A stretch of 63,206 nucleotides of DNA, filler included, from Cercozoa sp. M6MM (GCA_040357565.1; 12 parts of 12 records of this genome joined end to end with filler, not necessarily neighbours in it), one strand, 5' to 3'. Shown: positions 1-13,048, numbered from the whole stretch's first letter. The notes: a model not told the origin generated them from the letters alone. Made by a program: numbers and translations.

Positions 1-37
<37 letters not shown>

Positions 38-39
<2 letters not shown>

Positions 40-2311
40 AAAGTGCAGCCTACGGTGCTCATCGCGAGCGCCAACGTCTTGCTTCGCGCCACCGCTTGTG
101 CCACTGGGGGGGGGGTAAACAGGGGGGTAAACAGGGGGGTAAACAGGGGGGTAAACACCGACATCGAAGTGACAGCGCAGCTGCTGCCGCGCCGCCGCAT
201 TCCGCGCCAACGTCTGGCTACAGTCCTGTCCAGGTCGGTCCATTTGTCCCCTCCCAAAATGTACGGTCCAAAACCGACACATACTGTAGCCACGGCATTC
301 CAACACAACAACGTCGCTTCTAACGCCGCGTCCAGGTCGCTCTCCTACTTTACCCCCCATCTTACCCCCATCTTACCCCCCTACATATGTACCGACTGCT
401 GCTGCAGTTGCTGCGTCAAACGACGCGTCGCGATGCCAAAAAACTCGTGTCGCAGCTCGTCGAACAGGCCTGTTCACACACGCCTATTTAGCCCCCCCTT
501 TTTAGCCCCTTTTAACTCCCCTTTGCCCCTTTACCCCCCCCCAGTAGATATACCACGAGCTGCGTCCTGCACAAACGCGCGGAAGCGCGCCAATTCGGCC
601 CATACGGCGCGGCGTTCGGATTCGTCTGTAACATTTTTGGTATTTTCGCACATCCGCGCGGACGCAAAAAAGCGAAAAAAAACCATCGAGATCGGAGTGG
701 AAGTTGCGTTCTTCGATGAGAGGAACGGCAGCCTTAACAAGGCAGAGTCGGAGGTACAGTGGTACAAATGGACCAAAGGTGTGTGCGTGTGTACCAGGAG
801 TGCGTCCAATCGGTCGGCCCAGAAGGCCGGGTTGTTTAAGGGAGCGGAGCGCATGGAGGACTCGACCTGCTGCAGCGCGTCGATGAGTTCGAGCGCGTCC
901 TCGCAGACGGCGACGCAGCCGGCGTGCGCGCACTGCAGGCCCAGACACAGCTGTCGCAGCAGCGCCTGGTAGCACGGCAGCGGCGACGTTGCCACCTGGG
1001 GGTAGGGGGGTAAAGGGGGTATACACAGTACAACACAGCAACAGGATGGGTGAGGAAACAGGGGGGCAAACAGGGGGGGGGGGTAAACAGGGGGTAAACA
1101 GGAGGGTAAACAGGGGGTAAACAGGGGGGTAAACAGGGGGGTAAACCAAGCGAATATCGAAGCAAGCGACGGCACAGGCAGCGTCGGAAATCGCCACCAA
1201 CCAGCGTCGCGTGCCCTCGTCCATCTCTGTCCGTGTAGTCCACATGGACAGTCCGCATGGACGGTACAGTGTGTACACAGATGCAGTCCAACTGGACAGT
1301 ACCGCAGTGAGCCGACGTGACCAGGACGGCGTACACGGGAGCCGAGGCCGTGAGGGCCGAGGCCATGAGCTGCGTGGCCTCGTGTCGCCGCGCGTGCGTG
1401 GCGCCGTTGCCGCTGCGCGCCAGTCGCGTCAGCACCTCGGCGGCACACGTGACCACACGTGCCAGTGGCACCGTCAACGCGGCCTTAATCACCGTCCTTG
1501 CACCGTCGTCACCTGCGATGGTACCACTGGCGTCACTCCCACTGGTATCACTACTGGTCGTCGGTGTGATCGCCGTCATGGCACCGCACAGCGCCTGCAG
1601 CAGCTGCGTCTCGCAAAAGTCGCCAGCGCCCACCTCCAGTTCCACCCACGCACTCGCCGCACTGGGGGGTAAGGGGGTCGGGGTATGGGGGTACGGGGGT
1701 ATGGTGTGGGGGGGTAAGGACGGGTATACCTGCACACCTTGACGACAATCTCGGCGGCCACGTCGGCACTCGACAGAGCACTCGCCGCGCGCAGACACTG
1801 CACCTGTAAGGGGGTAAAGGGGTTAGGGGTAAAGGGGCTAGGGGACAGGGGCTAAGGGGGGTAAAGCTACCAAGAAGGACGCGAAGGACGGCCACAACTG
1901 CAGCGCCTCCTGTCGCATGCGGGCACCCACCTGTCTCAGTAAAGGAGGGGGTAAATAGGGGGTAAACGGGGGGGGGGGGTAAACAGGAAGCAAAGAGGGG
2001 GCAAAGAGGGTGTAAGTAGGGGTAAAGAGGGGGGTAAAGAGGGGGGGTAAAGAGAGGGGTAAAGAGGGGGGTAAAGAGGGGGGTAAAACCGAGCCTTCGT
2101 CCAGCACGTCGCGCAGAGCGAAACGCGAATCCGTCAGTTCATCACTACACACACAGGTACACCAACAACCTTGTTGTCACAGACACACCAACAACCTTGT
2201 TGTCACAGGTACACCAACAACCTTGTTCACACAGACACTGAGACAGTACCTCAGTGCAGCGGCCGTTGTGAGTGCCGTCATTGCTTTCTTTCCGTCGCCA
2301 CTGTCCGTACT
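38..2311 (-). CDS. Multi-exon hypothetical protein, partial; possibly alpha-solenoid/importin-beta-like
   Basis: GC-rich exons separated by GT-AG introns filled with TTTACCCCC or GGGGGTAAA repeats; amphipathic Leu/Ala-rich helices such as ESDLDAALEATLLCWNAV; family not recognised. Confidence 0.5.
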
Positions 2312-2341
2312 CTGGGTGGGGAAAGGTAAATAGGGGGGTAA

Positions 2342-2441
2342 NNNNNNNNNNNNNNNNNNNNNNNNNNNNNNNNNNNNNNNNNNNNTTAATTAATTAANNN
2401 NNNNNNNNNNNNNNNNNNNNNNNNNNNNNNNNNNNNNNNNN
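2342..2441. other. Artificial contig linker (N-run, TTAATTAATTAA, N-run)
   Basis: The same all-frame-stop linker recurs at about 5875, 7239, 8577, 12457, 16466, 20187, 40144, 43815, 54471 and 57678. Confidence 0.95.
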
Positions 2442-2496
<55 letters not shown>

Positions 2497-2619
2497 GCAC
2501 ACACACACACACACACATAGACAGACACACACACAGACACACAGACACACAGACACACACAGACACACACACATAGACAGACAGACACACACACAGAACA
2601 CACACATACACACACAAGA

Positions 2620-5156
2620 CGCATTTCTACCCTTCAAGGAAGTCGAGGAAACACGCGACAACGCGCAAAGTCGTCGCAGCAGGTGGCTTCTCCGAACTGA
2701 CTGACGAATGAAGCCGCCGAGCATCAGTAGCCACACCGTGTCGGTATCGTCAGGCGACACGGCAAGACACAAATGCAAGTACTTATGAAGACACTGTTGA
2801 GTCTGCGCGTGGACACACAAGTATCGACTGATGTACGGTCACGATCTGATAAACAGATACACTCAATAAACTCGACGGGGCGACGTCCTTCGGCAGTGCG
2901 GCGTGTACCAACGACGCGAGCACCGACCACTGTGTCACACATAAATTACACCATGCCGATAAGCACACGAAGTCCAAAGATGTACCAGGGTGATACTACG
3001 CGGAGATGCCAAAGTGCCAGCGAATGACAGTCGTTCATGATGACAAGCGTCCTGGCAGCCGAGAAACTGCATGTAGTCGCTGTCAAGAGAGCCACACCAG
3101 ATTAGTTCGTGCGCGCAAAAACCGAGGCAGTGTACACGGAGGACGCGAAGTTGCAGTCGGTGATTGGAAACCGAAAAAAGCTGCTCAAGTCTACGTGATG
3201 GTTGTGCAGGTGCTGCCAGGCCAGAAAGCACAGCAAACGCGCCGGTTCGACCGAGAGCGAGCGATCGGCGTCCTGCATCGACTCCAGAGGAACGATCGTA
3301 GCCAGAGGTCGCGTAAAGTAAGTGAGTTCGGATGGTGGCGGACACATCACATCCCCGTACAGCTCTGGATCTACTTTCTTTAGTGCCGACACCATCTGTA
3401 CAGACAGAAAAGCAAAACGTGCACGAAAGAGATAGTGCTGCATAAACTATACAGTATAAAAGCAACTACAAACAGAGGGTACCAAGTTGACTGCATCAAC
3501 AGGAACACCACACCGTAGCGCATGTTCGACGTTGGCGTACTGCCAAGGTCGATCCTGCCCGTTGCGTGCCACCACATTGTGGCGCGTCGCCATCGACCTT
3601 GCAATCATAAAATCAACGGACGAAGAAACGCGAGCTTTAAACGCATGCCGAAGCTTCAAGGCGCAGTCCTTCAACGCGAGCCTCAACTTCAACCATGTGC
3701 GCGACCTGTTTCGACTTTGCACCACCTGTACCTCACATCATCCTCTTTGTCAAGGCGTACCACAGAACAAACCAAACAAACAAACGTACACGACGGACAA
3801 TGCGAAGACACCAGTCAGTCGTAACAGCTTCCTTCTGCAGACAGGAATAAATTGTGCAAAGACCCAGCAAGATGCACAAAATGCTACGTGCACGAGGCAG
3901 CGTTCGATAAGTGCCTTTGAAAGGAAGGTCGCAACGCAACGCATGTCGCTGGACAGCTCCGTGAGAAAGCTCAGTTCGTTGTCCTTTGTTTCATCGTACG
4001 GCAGTGCAGATATGAGGTGCACTTGTCGCAGCCAGTTGCGTCGGTAGTACTCGAAAGGACAGGTCAGCAAGGCAGTCTCACTGCGCCACCACGCGTGCAC
4101 CGACAGCGTCTCGTGTGCCAACCAGACCGACCGGCCAGCAATCTGTATCCGCAGAAGAGCGCTCCAATGACCAAACTTGACTGCACATACATAGAAGTAT
4201 CATTATGGTATACCTTCGAAAGAGACTTCAACATACCAGAGACATGTGACACTGGTTTGATCGCCTGGCAAAAAGAAATCTCCAGTTCAGCAAAGGCAAC
4301 AACACGAGACATTGCAATCAAGATGAAGCACCGTTGCAGGGTCGCGCTGAGCATTTTGCGCCTCAGTTCTTTGATCTCGGGCACTCTCTACAGAAACACG
4401 AGGTAAACTCTCAGAGGAAAATTGAAACATTCTTGAGAATGGATTTACGCCAAGCCTTCTCCAGCTTGCGTTCTATCTACTCACGAACGCATTGTTATGA
4501 GAAACAGGCATTTCGACCTCGATTACCTCTGTGCTTCGTTGCGAGAGGAAATTCGTCGTTCTTCTCCAGTCTTCTGTGTACTTCCCAACCTCAGACAGGA
4601 GCAATGACGGCAACTGCGTAAGCAGTCTTAAATCCGAGGTGAGATAAATTGGGACAATTCAAGTGATTCAATACCGAAGGGAAATCGGGTTTCAAACCGT
4701 GTGCGGCATGATACCAAAGGCGCCTGCAATTAACACGGTCACTAATACAAAAACTAGACGTGACAAGTGTCTTCATACCTCGAATACAATTCCGACAGAA
4801 TTTGTTGTATCTCGGAAAACGCTGGAAAAAGGTTGGACCCAGCGGCCAGTGGAATGCGACGAGGCGGTAGTCTCTGTGAGAACAACACGATAGCGAGGGG
4901 TACGTCTTGCTCGCTGATCGCCTGACGTAGGGTTGCCGTACATCCGTTACAGTCAGCAACTAGAAAAACATGACTTCAGTACCTGGCGCTTGAGGCATGC
5001 CAGAACCAGCACAACGACTCGCCAGCAATGCTGGACGATCGGATTCGGTCGAAGTTGCGAGCTCAGCACATCAACGGCAAAGTCATGAAATACTTCGCGG
5101 ATCAAGTGCCACTTGTCGTTTTTAACTAAACGCTTTCTACCAGATACATGTGTCAC

Positions 5157-5195
<39 letters not shown>

Positions 5196-5203
5196 TGTGT
5201 GTG

Positions 5204-5243
<40 letters not shown>

Positions 5244-5740
5244 GTGGGTGTGTACCGACCATGGTGTATCTCGGATAGTTTATATATCATGCTAAGAGCT
5301 GGAGTAGTGTCATTCTCAGACTGACATATGGCCCACATGATATTGCACAGCTTGCGGCAACACAAGAGCAGCCGATAAGCCACCTGTTCAGCATACGCTC
5401 ACGTAGGCTTTCAGAGATACGGCATAGGGACCAAACTAAGGAGAGTGAGTACACAATACCCGGTCATTGCAGCTTAAATGGAACAGCTCAGCGAGGCAGT
5501 AGCTCAACGCGTCTATCAAGCACACCTTGCATACTGTGGCGCACACATTTACGTGTCCTAATACCAGAGTATAGAGTCAGGTGGCGCGATACAAGTTCAC
5601 TCGGGAGTTTGAAGGGGTCAGCGTGTTGATACAGAGCGTCCGCCATGAGGCCCCAGCAGCGGCGGATCAGAGACCGAACAGGCAAACGCAGCCACGCTGA
5701 TGACATTCTAAAGCACAGCGGCATACCCAAAGCCAACAGC
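2620..5740 (-). CDS. Multi-exon hypothetical protein
   Basis: Chain of minus-strand protein-like ORF segments (5488-5736, 4064-4384, 3750-4121, 3447-3725, 3102-3443) separated by short intron-like spacers; exact splicing not resolved. Confidence 0.4.
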
Positions 5741-5814
5741 AGTGGGATTTGTCCGAGCAGCTGTAAAAAAGAACACGAGATATCGATAGATAGATGGGGA
5801 GGTAGGTAGGTATG

Positions 5815-5867
<53 letters not shown>

Positions 5868-5974
5868 CGATAGANNNNNNNNNNNNNNNNNNNNNNNNNN
5901 NNNNNNNNNNNNNNNNNNTTAATTAATTAANNNNNNNNNNNNNNNNNNNNNNNNNNNNNNNNNNNNNNNNNNNN

Positions 5975-7238
5975 AAGACACCGCGCGGAACTTGAGCAGC
6001 AGTCGGTGGAAGCGCCGCGTCTGATCGACACTGACGCCGCCAGTGTCACCGTCATCCGCACCGTCGGTATCATCGGTATCAGTGTCAGTGTCACCGTCGG
6101 TATCATCGGTATCATCGGTCTCAGTGACACCCTCAATGACACCGTCGGTTTCTCCCTCAGTGACACCGTCGCTTTCACCGTCGGTCTCGGCACGCAGCAG
6201 CGATCGACGCAGCGCGCGCAGTCGCAGCGACTAAACGGGGAAGGGGGGGGTAAACAGGGGGGGTAAACAGGGGGGTAAACAGGGGGGTAAGCAGGGGGGT
6301 AAACAGGGGGGTAAACAGGGGGGTAAACAGGGGGGTAAACAGGGGCAGGGGGTAAAGCACCTCCACAGTGTGCAGCAGCGTCGTCGCCACCAACAGCGCC
6401 GGCTAACCAGGGGGTAAACAGGGGTAAACAGGGGGGTAATAGGGGGGTAAACAGGGGGTAAACAGGGGGTAAACCGGGGGGTAAACAGGGGGGTAAACAG
6501 GGGGTATAACCCACCGGCCACTCATCCGGCGGCAACTGCGTCCGCAAACGCGCCAACAACGTCGGCTGTGCCTGCATCGGGGAGGGGGGTAAACAGGGGG
6601 GNNNNNNNNNNAAGACACCGCGCGGAACTTGAGCAGCAGTCGGTGGAAGCGCCGCGTCTGATCGACACTGACGCCGCCAGTGTCACCGTCATCCGCACCG
6701 TCGGTATCATCGGTATCAGTGTCAGTGTCACCGTCGGTATCATCGGTATCATCGGTCTCAGTGACACCCTCAATGACACCGTCGGTTTCTCCCTCAGTGA
6801 CACCGTCGCTTTCACCGTCGGTCTCGGCACGCAGCAGCGATCGACGCAGCGCGCGCAGTCGCAGCGACTAAACGGGGAAGGGGGGGGTAAACAGGGGGGG
6901 TAAACAGGGGGGTAAACAGGGGGGTAAGCAGGGGGGTAAACAGGGGGGTAAACAGGGGGGTAAACAGGGGGGTAAACAGGGGCAGGGGGTAAAGCACCTC
7001 CACAGTGTGCAGCAGCGTCGTCGCCACCAACAGCGCCGGCTAACCAGGGGGTAAACAGGGGTAAACAGGGGGGTAATAGGGGGGTAAACAGGGGGTAAAC
7101 AGGGGGTAAACCGGGGGGTAAACAGGGGGGTAAACAGGGGGTATAACCCACCGGCCACTCATCCGGCGGCAACTGCGTCCGCAAACGCGCCAACAACGTC
7201 GGCTGTGCCTGCATCGGGGAGGGGGGTAAACAGGGGGG
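5975..7238. repeat. Perfect ~627-bp duplication across a 10-N gap (assembly artefact) containing minus-strand exons with an acidic D/T/G tract
   Basis: 5975-6601 appears identical to 6612-7238. Confidence 0.85.
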
Positions 7239-7338
7239 NNNNNNNNNNNNNNNNNNNNNNNNNNNNNNNNNNNNNNNNNNNNTTAATTAATTAANNNNNN
7301 NNNNNNNNNNNNNNNNNNNNNNNNNNNNNNNNNNNNNN

Positions 7339-8576
7339 AATAGGGGTAATAGGGAAGTTAAAGGTGAAAGGGGGTATATAGGGGGAAGGTAATAGGGAAG
7401 TTAGGGGTGAACATAGGGGGATAGGGGGGTATATAGGGGGGTATATAAAACGGGCCTACCTTGGTCACCTTGGCCAGCGTGCGCGGACACCGCATCTTGT
7501 CGGCCGTGTACTCCTTGCGCTCGCCGCTGGCACGCGCGAACTCGAGGATGTGCGGGTGGCCTGCAGTTATACCCCCCTGTTTACCCCCCTGTTTACCCCC
7601 CTGTCTCCCCCCCCCCCCCCCCCAGAGAGAGTGTACCCTGCAGACCGAAGCGGTTGAACAAATCGTCGCGAACGACGGTTCGACGAAGGTCGGCGCGCAG
7701 TGCCAGGTCTCCTGTGGGTTGGCACGTGCTCACTCAGGTCACTCACTCAGTCACTCAGTCACTCAGTCACTCAGTCACTCAGTCAGTGCACGTGCGCACT
7801 GAGAGAGACACACATGGTACCCTGCAGCATCGGGTTCTCCCAGGCCGAGTGCTTCCAGCCCATGCGTTCGTGCGACTCCAGTCCGCGCAGACAGAATCCG
7901 ACCTGCGCGCCGCGCTTGCGCTGCCACGCCTGTCCGGGGAGGCGGGGGGGGGNNNNNNNNNNAATAGGGGTAATAGGGAAGTTAAAGGTGAAAGGGGGTA
8001 TATAGGGGGAAGGTAATAGGGAAGTTAGGGGTGAACATAGGGGGATAGGGGGGTATATAGGGGGGTATATAAAACGGGCCTACCTTGGTCACCTTGGCCA
8101 GCGTGCGCGGACACCGCATCTTGTCGGCCGTGTACTCCTTGCGCTCGCCGCTGGCACGCGCGAACTCGAGGATGTGCGGGTGGCCTGCAGTTATACCCCC
8201 CTGTTTACCCCCCTGTTTACCCCCCTGTCTCCCCCCCCCCCCCCCCCAGAGAGAGTGTACCCTGCAGACCGAAGCGGTTGAACAAATCGTCGCGAACGAC
8301 GGTTCGACGAAGGTCGGCGCGCAGTGCCAGGTCTCCTGTGGGTTGGCACGTGCTCACTCAGGTCACTCACTCAGTCACTCAGTCACTCAGTCACTCAGTC
8401 ACTCAGTCAGTGCACGTGCGCACTGAGAGAGACACACATGGTACCCTGCAGCATCGGGTTCTCCCAGGCCGAGTGCTTCCAGCCCATGCGTTCGTGCGAC
8501 TCCAGTCCGCGCAGACAGAATCCGACCTGCGCGCCGCGCTTGCGCTGCCACGCCTGTCCGGGGAGGCGGGGGGGGG
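7339..8576. repeat. Perfect ~614-bp duplication across a 10-N gap (assembly artefact) containing three minus-strand exons of an unidentified protein
   Basis: 7339-7952 appears identical to 7963-8576; spliced reading ...GWKHSAWENPMLQGDLALRADLRRTVVRDDLFNRFGLQGHPHILEF... Confidence 0.85.
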
Positions 8577-8688
8577 NNNNNNNNNNNNNNNNNNNNNNNN
8601 NNNNNNNNNNNNNNNNNNNNTTAATTAATTAANNNNNNNNNNNNNNNNNNNNNNNNNNNNNNNNNNNNNNNNNNNNCCCCCCCCCCCA

Positions 8689-10806
8689 GAGACGTGTCGC
8701 AGCTGGTGAGTGCGCTGCACGACAGCGGCAGCAGCGACTTCTCGCTGGGTCGCCCGGCCGCCGACGACTTTGCGCGACTCGGCTTCGTCCCGGTGGACGC
8801 GCGCACCACCGCTGGTCGGCGCTCGCAGACCGTGTCGCTGAGGTGTGTTTTGTTGTTGTTTTTTTGGGGGGCTTTTGTTGTTTTTTTGTTTGTTGTATTT
8901 GTTGTTTTTTTATTTGTTGTTTTTCGTTTTGTTGTTGTTGTTTTTGTTGTTGTTGTTTTTGTTTTGTTGTTTTTGTTTTGTTGTTTTTGGGGTTGTTTTT
9001 TCTTTTTTTGTTGTTTTTCGGCTTGTTGTTTTTCGGCTTGTTGTTTTTTTGTTGTTGTTGTTGTTTTTTTTATTGTTGTTGTTTTTGTTGTTGTTTTTTG
9101 TTGTATTGTTGTTTTTTGTTGTTTTTTCGTTATTGTTGTTTTTCGTTGTTGTTTTTCATTGTTGTTGTTTTTTTTTGTTGTTGTTTTTTCGTTGTTGCTA
9201 TTTGTTGGTCACACAGTCTGGAGGAGTACACGAACGACGCGGCACTGGCGGCCGTGTGTCGGCGTCTGAACGATCAGTCGGCCCACTGTAGCCACTTTAA
9301 TGTGCTTTAGGGGGACTGTCCCACTTACTTAAGGGGGTGTTTTTCTAGGCCAGAAGGCAGGCGAAACTTCGCTTCGATTCGACACTCTGTTCGACTCGGA
9401 GAGGTTTTACCCCCCCCCCCCCACCCCTCTTATTCTCTTTACCCCCCCCCCCTCCCGATAGTGGTCACTTCCGACCCAAGCGTTCCGACGGTCGGTGGTT
9501 GGAGCCTTTCTCACCGATCGCTTGGGTACCCTCTTATTTTTTGTATTTGTGTGTGTGCGTGTGTGTGTATTTCTTGCATTTGTCTGTGTGTATTTGTAGG
9601 GTGGTCACTTCACCGAAGGCAGTGCCTGGCATTGGCGCGTTTCTCCAGGTACACCGTGTTGTTTGTTCTGTGTCTTGTTTTTAGTTAAGGGGGAGCTGTG
9701 TGTTAGGCCTGCACGCACCACTGTCGCTGCAGCGACTTTTCGGCGGCGCCGAATCTTTCGGCAGCGTTTTGCGCGCTTTCATCACGGTCTCTCACTTTAC
9801 CGGGAAGGGGGTTAAAGCGGTATAATAGAGGGTAAAACTACAGGAGGAGCCCAAAGCCACTTGGAAAGCCTACGGCATGAAGATTCACGAAGTTACAGAA
9901 ATGGAGCTTCTTGCCAAACGACTTGGTGTGTTTTAGACTCTGCGGCTTGGCTTTTTTTTTGTATTTCCTACCCTTCCGCGCGTAGGCACTGGTCAGTTTG
10001 CCCTCACGAATGAACCGCTGCATCATGCGTTGCACTTGTTCCCTTGGGCTGTAGCTTTTCTCTTTTCCTTCCACTTCACCCTCTTTTCGCGCCGCCGCCC
10101 CCGGCAGGACGAACAGACGCAAAATGAGATGTTCGCGCATCTGATGCGACTCGTTCCGCGCACGTTTGAAGCTGGTGCTTTTTCATCAGCTGGAATTAAC
10201 TGCACTGTGATCTTAAGCTTTAAAAAATGCTTAGGACCCTCGTGGGCAAGTGAAATCGGCGCTTACATTGGCGATGAGGACAATGGGCAGATGTAACTCA
10301 GCTTGATGTCTCATTTCGCTAGGCTTGCAAAAATACCGAAATGTACAACTATACTGTATGTCCAATAGGTCGGCCTGGTACGTCTTGGCCTGTTTGGGCG
10401 TGTACCCAGCTCAGCCGTTCGCTCCATGGCTCGTGCGTGGTCCGCCTTTGGTCGAGGTAAATTATGAATTGATTTGTGCGTTTTTGCCGATTTTTTAAAC
10501 TGACTGTCACTCGACGTTTGGCCAGAGTGCAACACTCAGGGTAGACGGCGCAGAAGTCACACTACGTGCAACTGGTGAGTCCAATTTGTCAGTTTTTCTT
10601 CATTTCTGACCGATCAAGAACGAGTTTGTTTAACCGCAGAGCACGTCAGCACGGCAGCACAGGTGAGCAACGACGCCGATTTCGCTAACGAAGTGAGCGA
10701 CGGTTCGCGGCGTTTCTTGCTGCCGTTGGACCTGTTTCTCGGTCGGAATAACTTGTCAGGATCCGAAAGAAACAAGGAGATTCGGATCTCGGTGACTCCA
10801 GGCTGA
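8689..10806 (+). CDS. Glycoside hydrolase family 92 alpha-1,2-mannosidase, 5'-partial, many introns
   Basis: Spliced motifs in GH92 order: LGFVPVD, VSLSLEEYTND, LFDSESGHFRPKRSDG, FTEGSAWHW, YGMKIHEVTEM, GQFALTNEPLHH, YIGDEDNGQMSAWYVLACLGVYP. Confidence 0.88.
8843..9216 (+). repeat. (GTT)/T-rich low-complexity intron
   Basis: ~370 bp of GTT and T runs between a GT donor and CACAG acceptor; source of the spurious hydrophobic ORFs. Confidence 0.85.
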
Positions 10807-10952
10807 CTTTCGATTTGGATTTCTGATCTAGCAGGCTAGTAGGCTAATGACCATCACATGGGCTAGTACTTAGTCATCTCTTGGTTTTCGGTAGGCTTGG
10901 TAGCCGTGTCTAAACAAGGAAAGCACCCTAGTTTACGATAATTTAGTCGAAT

Positions 10953-12390
10953 TTAAGAAAAAAAGAGTTGCCAACTGACCCGAACGGCAGCGTGTTGGCA
11001 CGCCGTGTCGCGCGAGTGCCGGCATAACCGGACGGCAGTGGCAGCTGACTGTGCATGTGCTGCACGATTGAGGACAGGTGCGCCCGGAACTCGCAACTCT
11101 GCGTACTCCAGCCTGCCAGTAATCTCACACTGAACGAGGGGATTGGGGAGGGGGTACGAGGGGTAAGGGTAAAGAGGGGTAAACGAGGTAAAGAGGAGGT
11201 ACAGGGGTAAAGATGGGGTAAAGGGTATAGAGCGGGTAAAGGTGGTAAAAAGGCTATGTACACGATCGCGAGGCCGGTCTGGTGGGTCCGGGCGGAAGTT
11301 GCACACTCGGGATTTCGAGTTTCACCTCCGTGTCATCCAGGGGAGCTTGTGGCATCTGTCGGTGGGGGTAGGAGGGTAAAGGAGATGGGCGGTAAACCGC
11401 AGTACCTCAATGGCAGCCATGCGACGAGGCCGTGTTTGCGGGTACCTTAGCCGCTCTGCCTCGCCTGTACAGGAGGTACAGTCGGGGTAAAGAGGGGGGG
11501 GGTAAAGAGGGGGGTAAAGAGAGGAGTAAAGGGGTAAAGCTACAGACATGCGAAGCACGTTGCTGCAGAGTGAAACACACGAACGGCGGTCGCGTCGGGA
11601 TCCATGCATAACTGAATGGGTAGGAGGGTAAAAGGGGGAGGTAAAGATGGGTATACAGGGGTTAAGTGGGTTAAATAATAAAGAGAGGGTAAAGTGAGAG
11701 GTAAAGGAAGGGGCAAGGGGTAAAGTTCTCACCTGACCATGAAGACCAGCGCACACAGCATGAGCACACTGATGCAGGAGTCACTCCAGAAACTGAAGCG
11801 CGAAACGTCCGGTGTGTACAGTGACTCATGTTGCGATCGCAGCACAGTGACCGAGCGACAAACCACATAGGCGATGGCAGGCAGTCCGATGGCCCAGGAG
11901 GCCGCCATGAGTTGCCAGATCTTCCGCAGCGATGTCTTCTGCCGTGCTGAGTTGCCTCCAGTCATTGCACTCTACCCCTCCCCTCTTACCCTACCCCTTG
12001 CCCCCTTACCCTACCCCTTACCCCCCCCCCCCCCCGTACCTGGCGGAGTATGTCGACTGGAGCGACCGCGACTGCGAATTCGTTCGCGAGTTTCCGAGAG
12101 CAGTCGACGGCCGCGTTGAATGAAACTGCCTTCTTTCGCTCGTTCGTTCGAACCGCTGAGTGCTTTCATTCCTCTCTGGACCTACGGGGGGGGGGATAAG
12201 GAGGAAAAGGGGGCAAAGATGAAGGGGTATGGGGGCTAAAGGTCCAAGACTACGTCCAACACTTGACAGCGAATGCTCCAAGCTGCCATGTTGAGTGCGA
12301 CCAGTGCACCCAATAGTATCACCGCCGTGTACAACTGACAAGCAGCGCGGAAGGCTCTCTCGTCGAACACGGCCTGCCACACCCACCAGT
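10953..12390 (-). CDS. 3' part of a hypothetical membrane protein
   Basis: Exons with hydrophobic segments (IWQLMAASWAIGLPAIAYVVC, CISVLMLCALVFMV) separated by TTTACCC-rich introns. Confidence 0.4.
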
Positions 12391-12403
12391 CAAGTCAAGT
12401 GTG

Positions 12404-12456
<53 letters not shown>

Positions 12457-12556
12457 NNNNNNNNNNNNNNNNNNNNNNNNNNNNNNNNNNNNNNNNNNNN
12501 TTAATTAATTAANNNNNNNNNNNNNNNNNNNNNNNNNNNNNNNNNNNNNNNNNNNN

Positions 12557-13048
12557 CCATCATGGCCCGCAGGCGCTGGCGGCGTTTCTCGCGTTTCTCT
12601 TGTTCCTGCTGCTGCTTCTGCAGGTTCTGCAGCACCTGTGTCCACCCAAACAAGCGTGTTCACAAGTAAGTACAAGCAGTACAAACGTACCTGTTCCTCG
12701 GACAAGGCTGGCGACAGTGTACCCGCGCGGACAGCCTGATCGGCCGCGTCCGCGCGTTTTTTGCGCTCGTCGTGGCGCCGCTCGCGTCGCTTCTCGCGCT
12801 CACTAGGAGGGGGAGGGGGGGGCAAAGAGGGGGGTAAAGTACCGATGCGACTCGCGCTCGTGCGAACGGTCGCGTCGACGCCGCTCGCGACTCCGACTAC
12901 GCCGCCGCGTCGTCTGCTGTAGCCAACAATATAGACACACACACACACACAGACACACACACACAGACACAGACACACCAGGGCCTACCCGCGAGCGACG
13001 GTCGCGACTGCGGCTGCGCGAGTGGCGTCGAGAACTGCGCGACGACAT
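12557..13048 (-). CDS. N-terminus of an RS/RE-rich protein, probably pre-mRNA processing; 3'-partial
   Basis: MSSRSSRRHSRSRSRDRRSR...EREKRRERRHDERKKR across GT-AG introns. Confidence 0.5.

Noticed and set aside
2342-2441. Recurrent TTAATTAATTAA between N-runs as a biological repeat
   Set aside because: It is a fixed-length all-frame-stop linker added when contigs were joined.
6240-6510. GGGGGTAAACA arrays as telomeric repeats or a CRISPR-like array
   Set aside because: They lie inside introns, vary in unit length, are not TTAGGG/TTTAGGG and have no unique spacers of regular length.
5975-8576. Two perfect tandem exon duplications
   Set aside because: The copies look identical including introns, are separated by exactly 10 N and end in G homopolymers, which indicates a scaffolding artefact.
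8694-9310. Long Cys/Phe/Val-rich ORFs, and the VC/HT/ER/SL dipeptide ORFs elsewhere
   Set aside because: They are translations of intronic microsatellites.
9838-10140. Minus-strand 100-aa basic ORF
   Set aside because: It is antisense to conserved GH92 exons.
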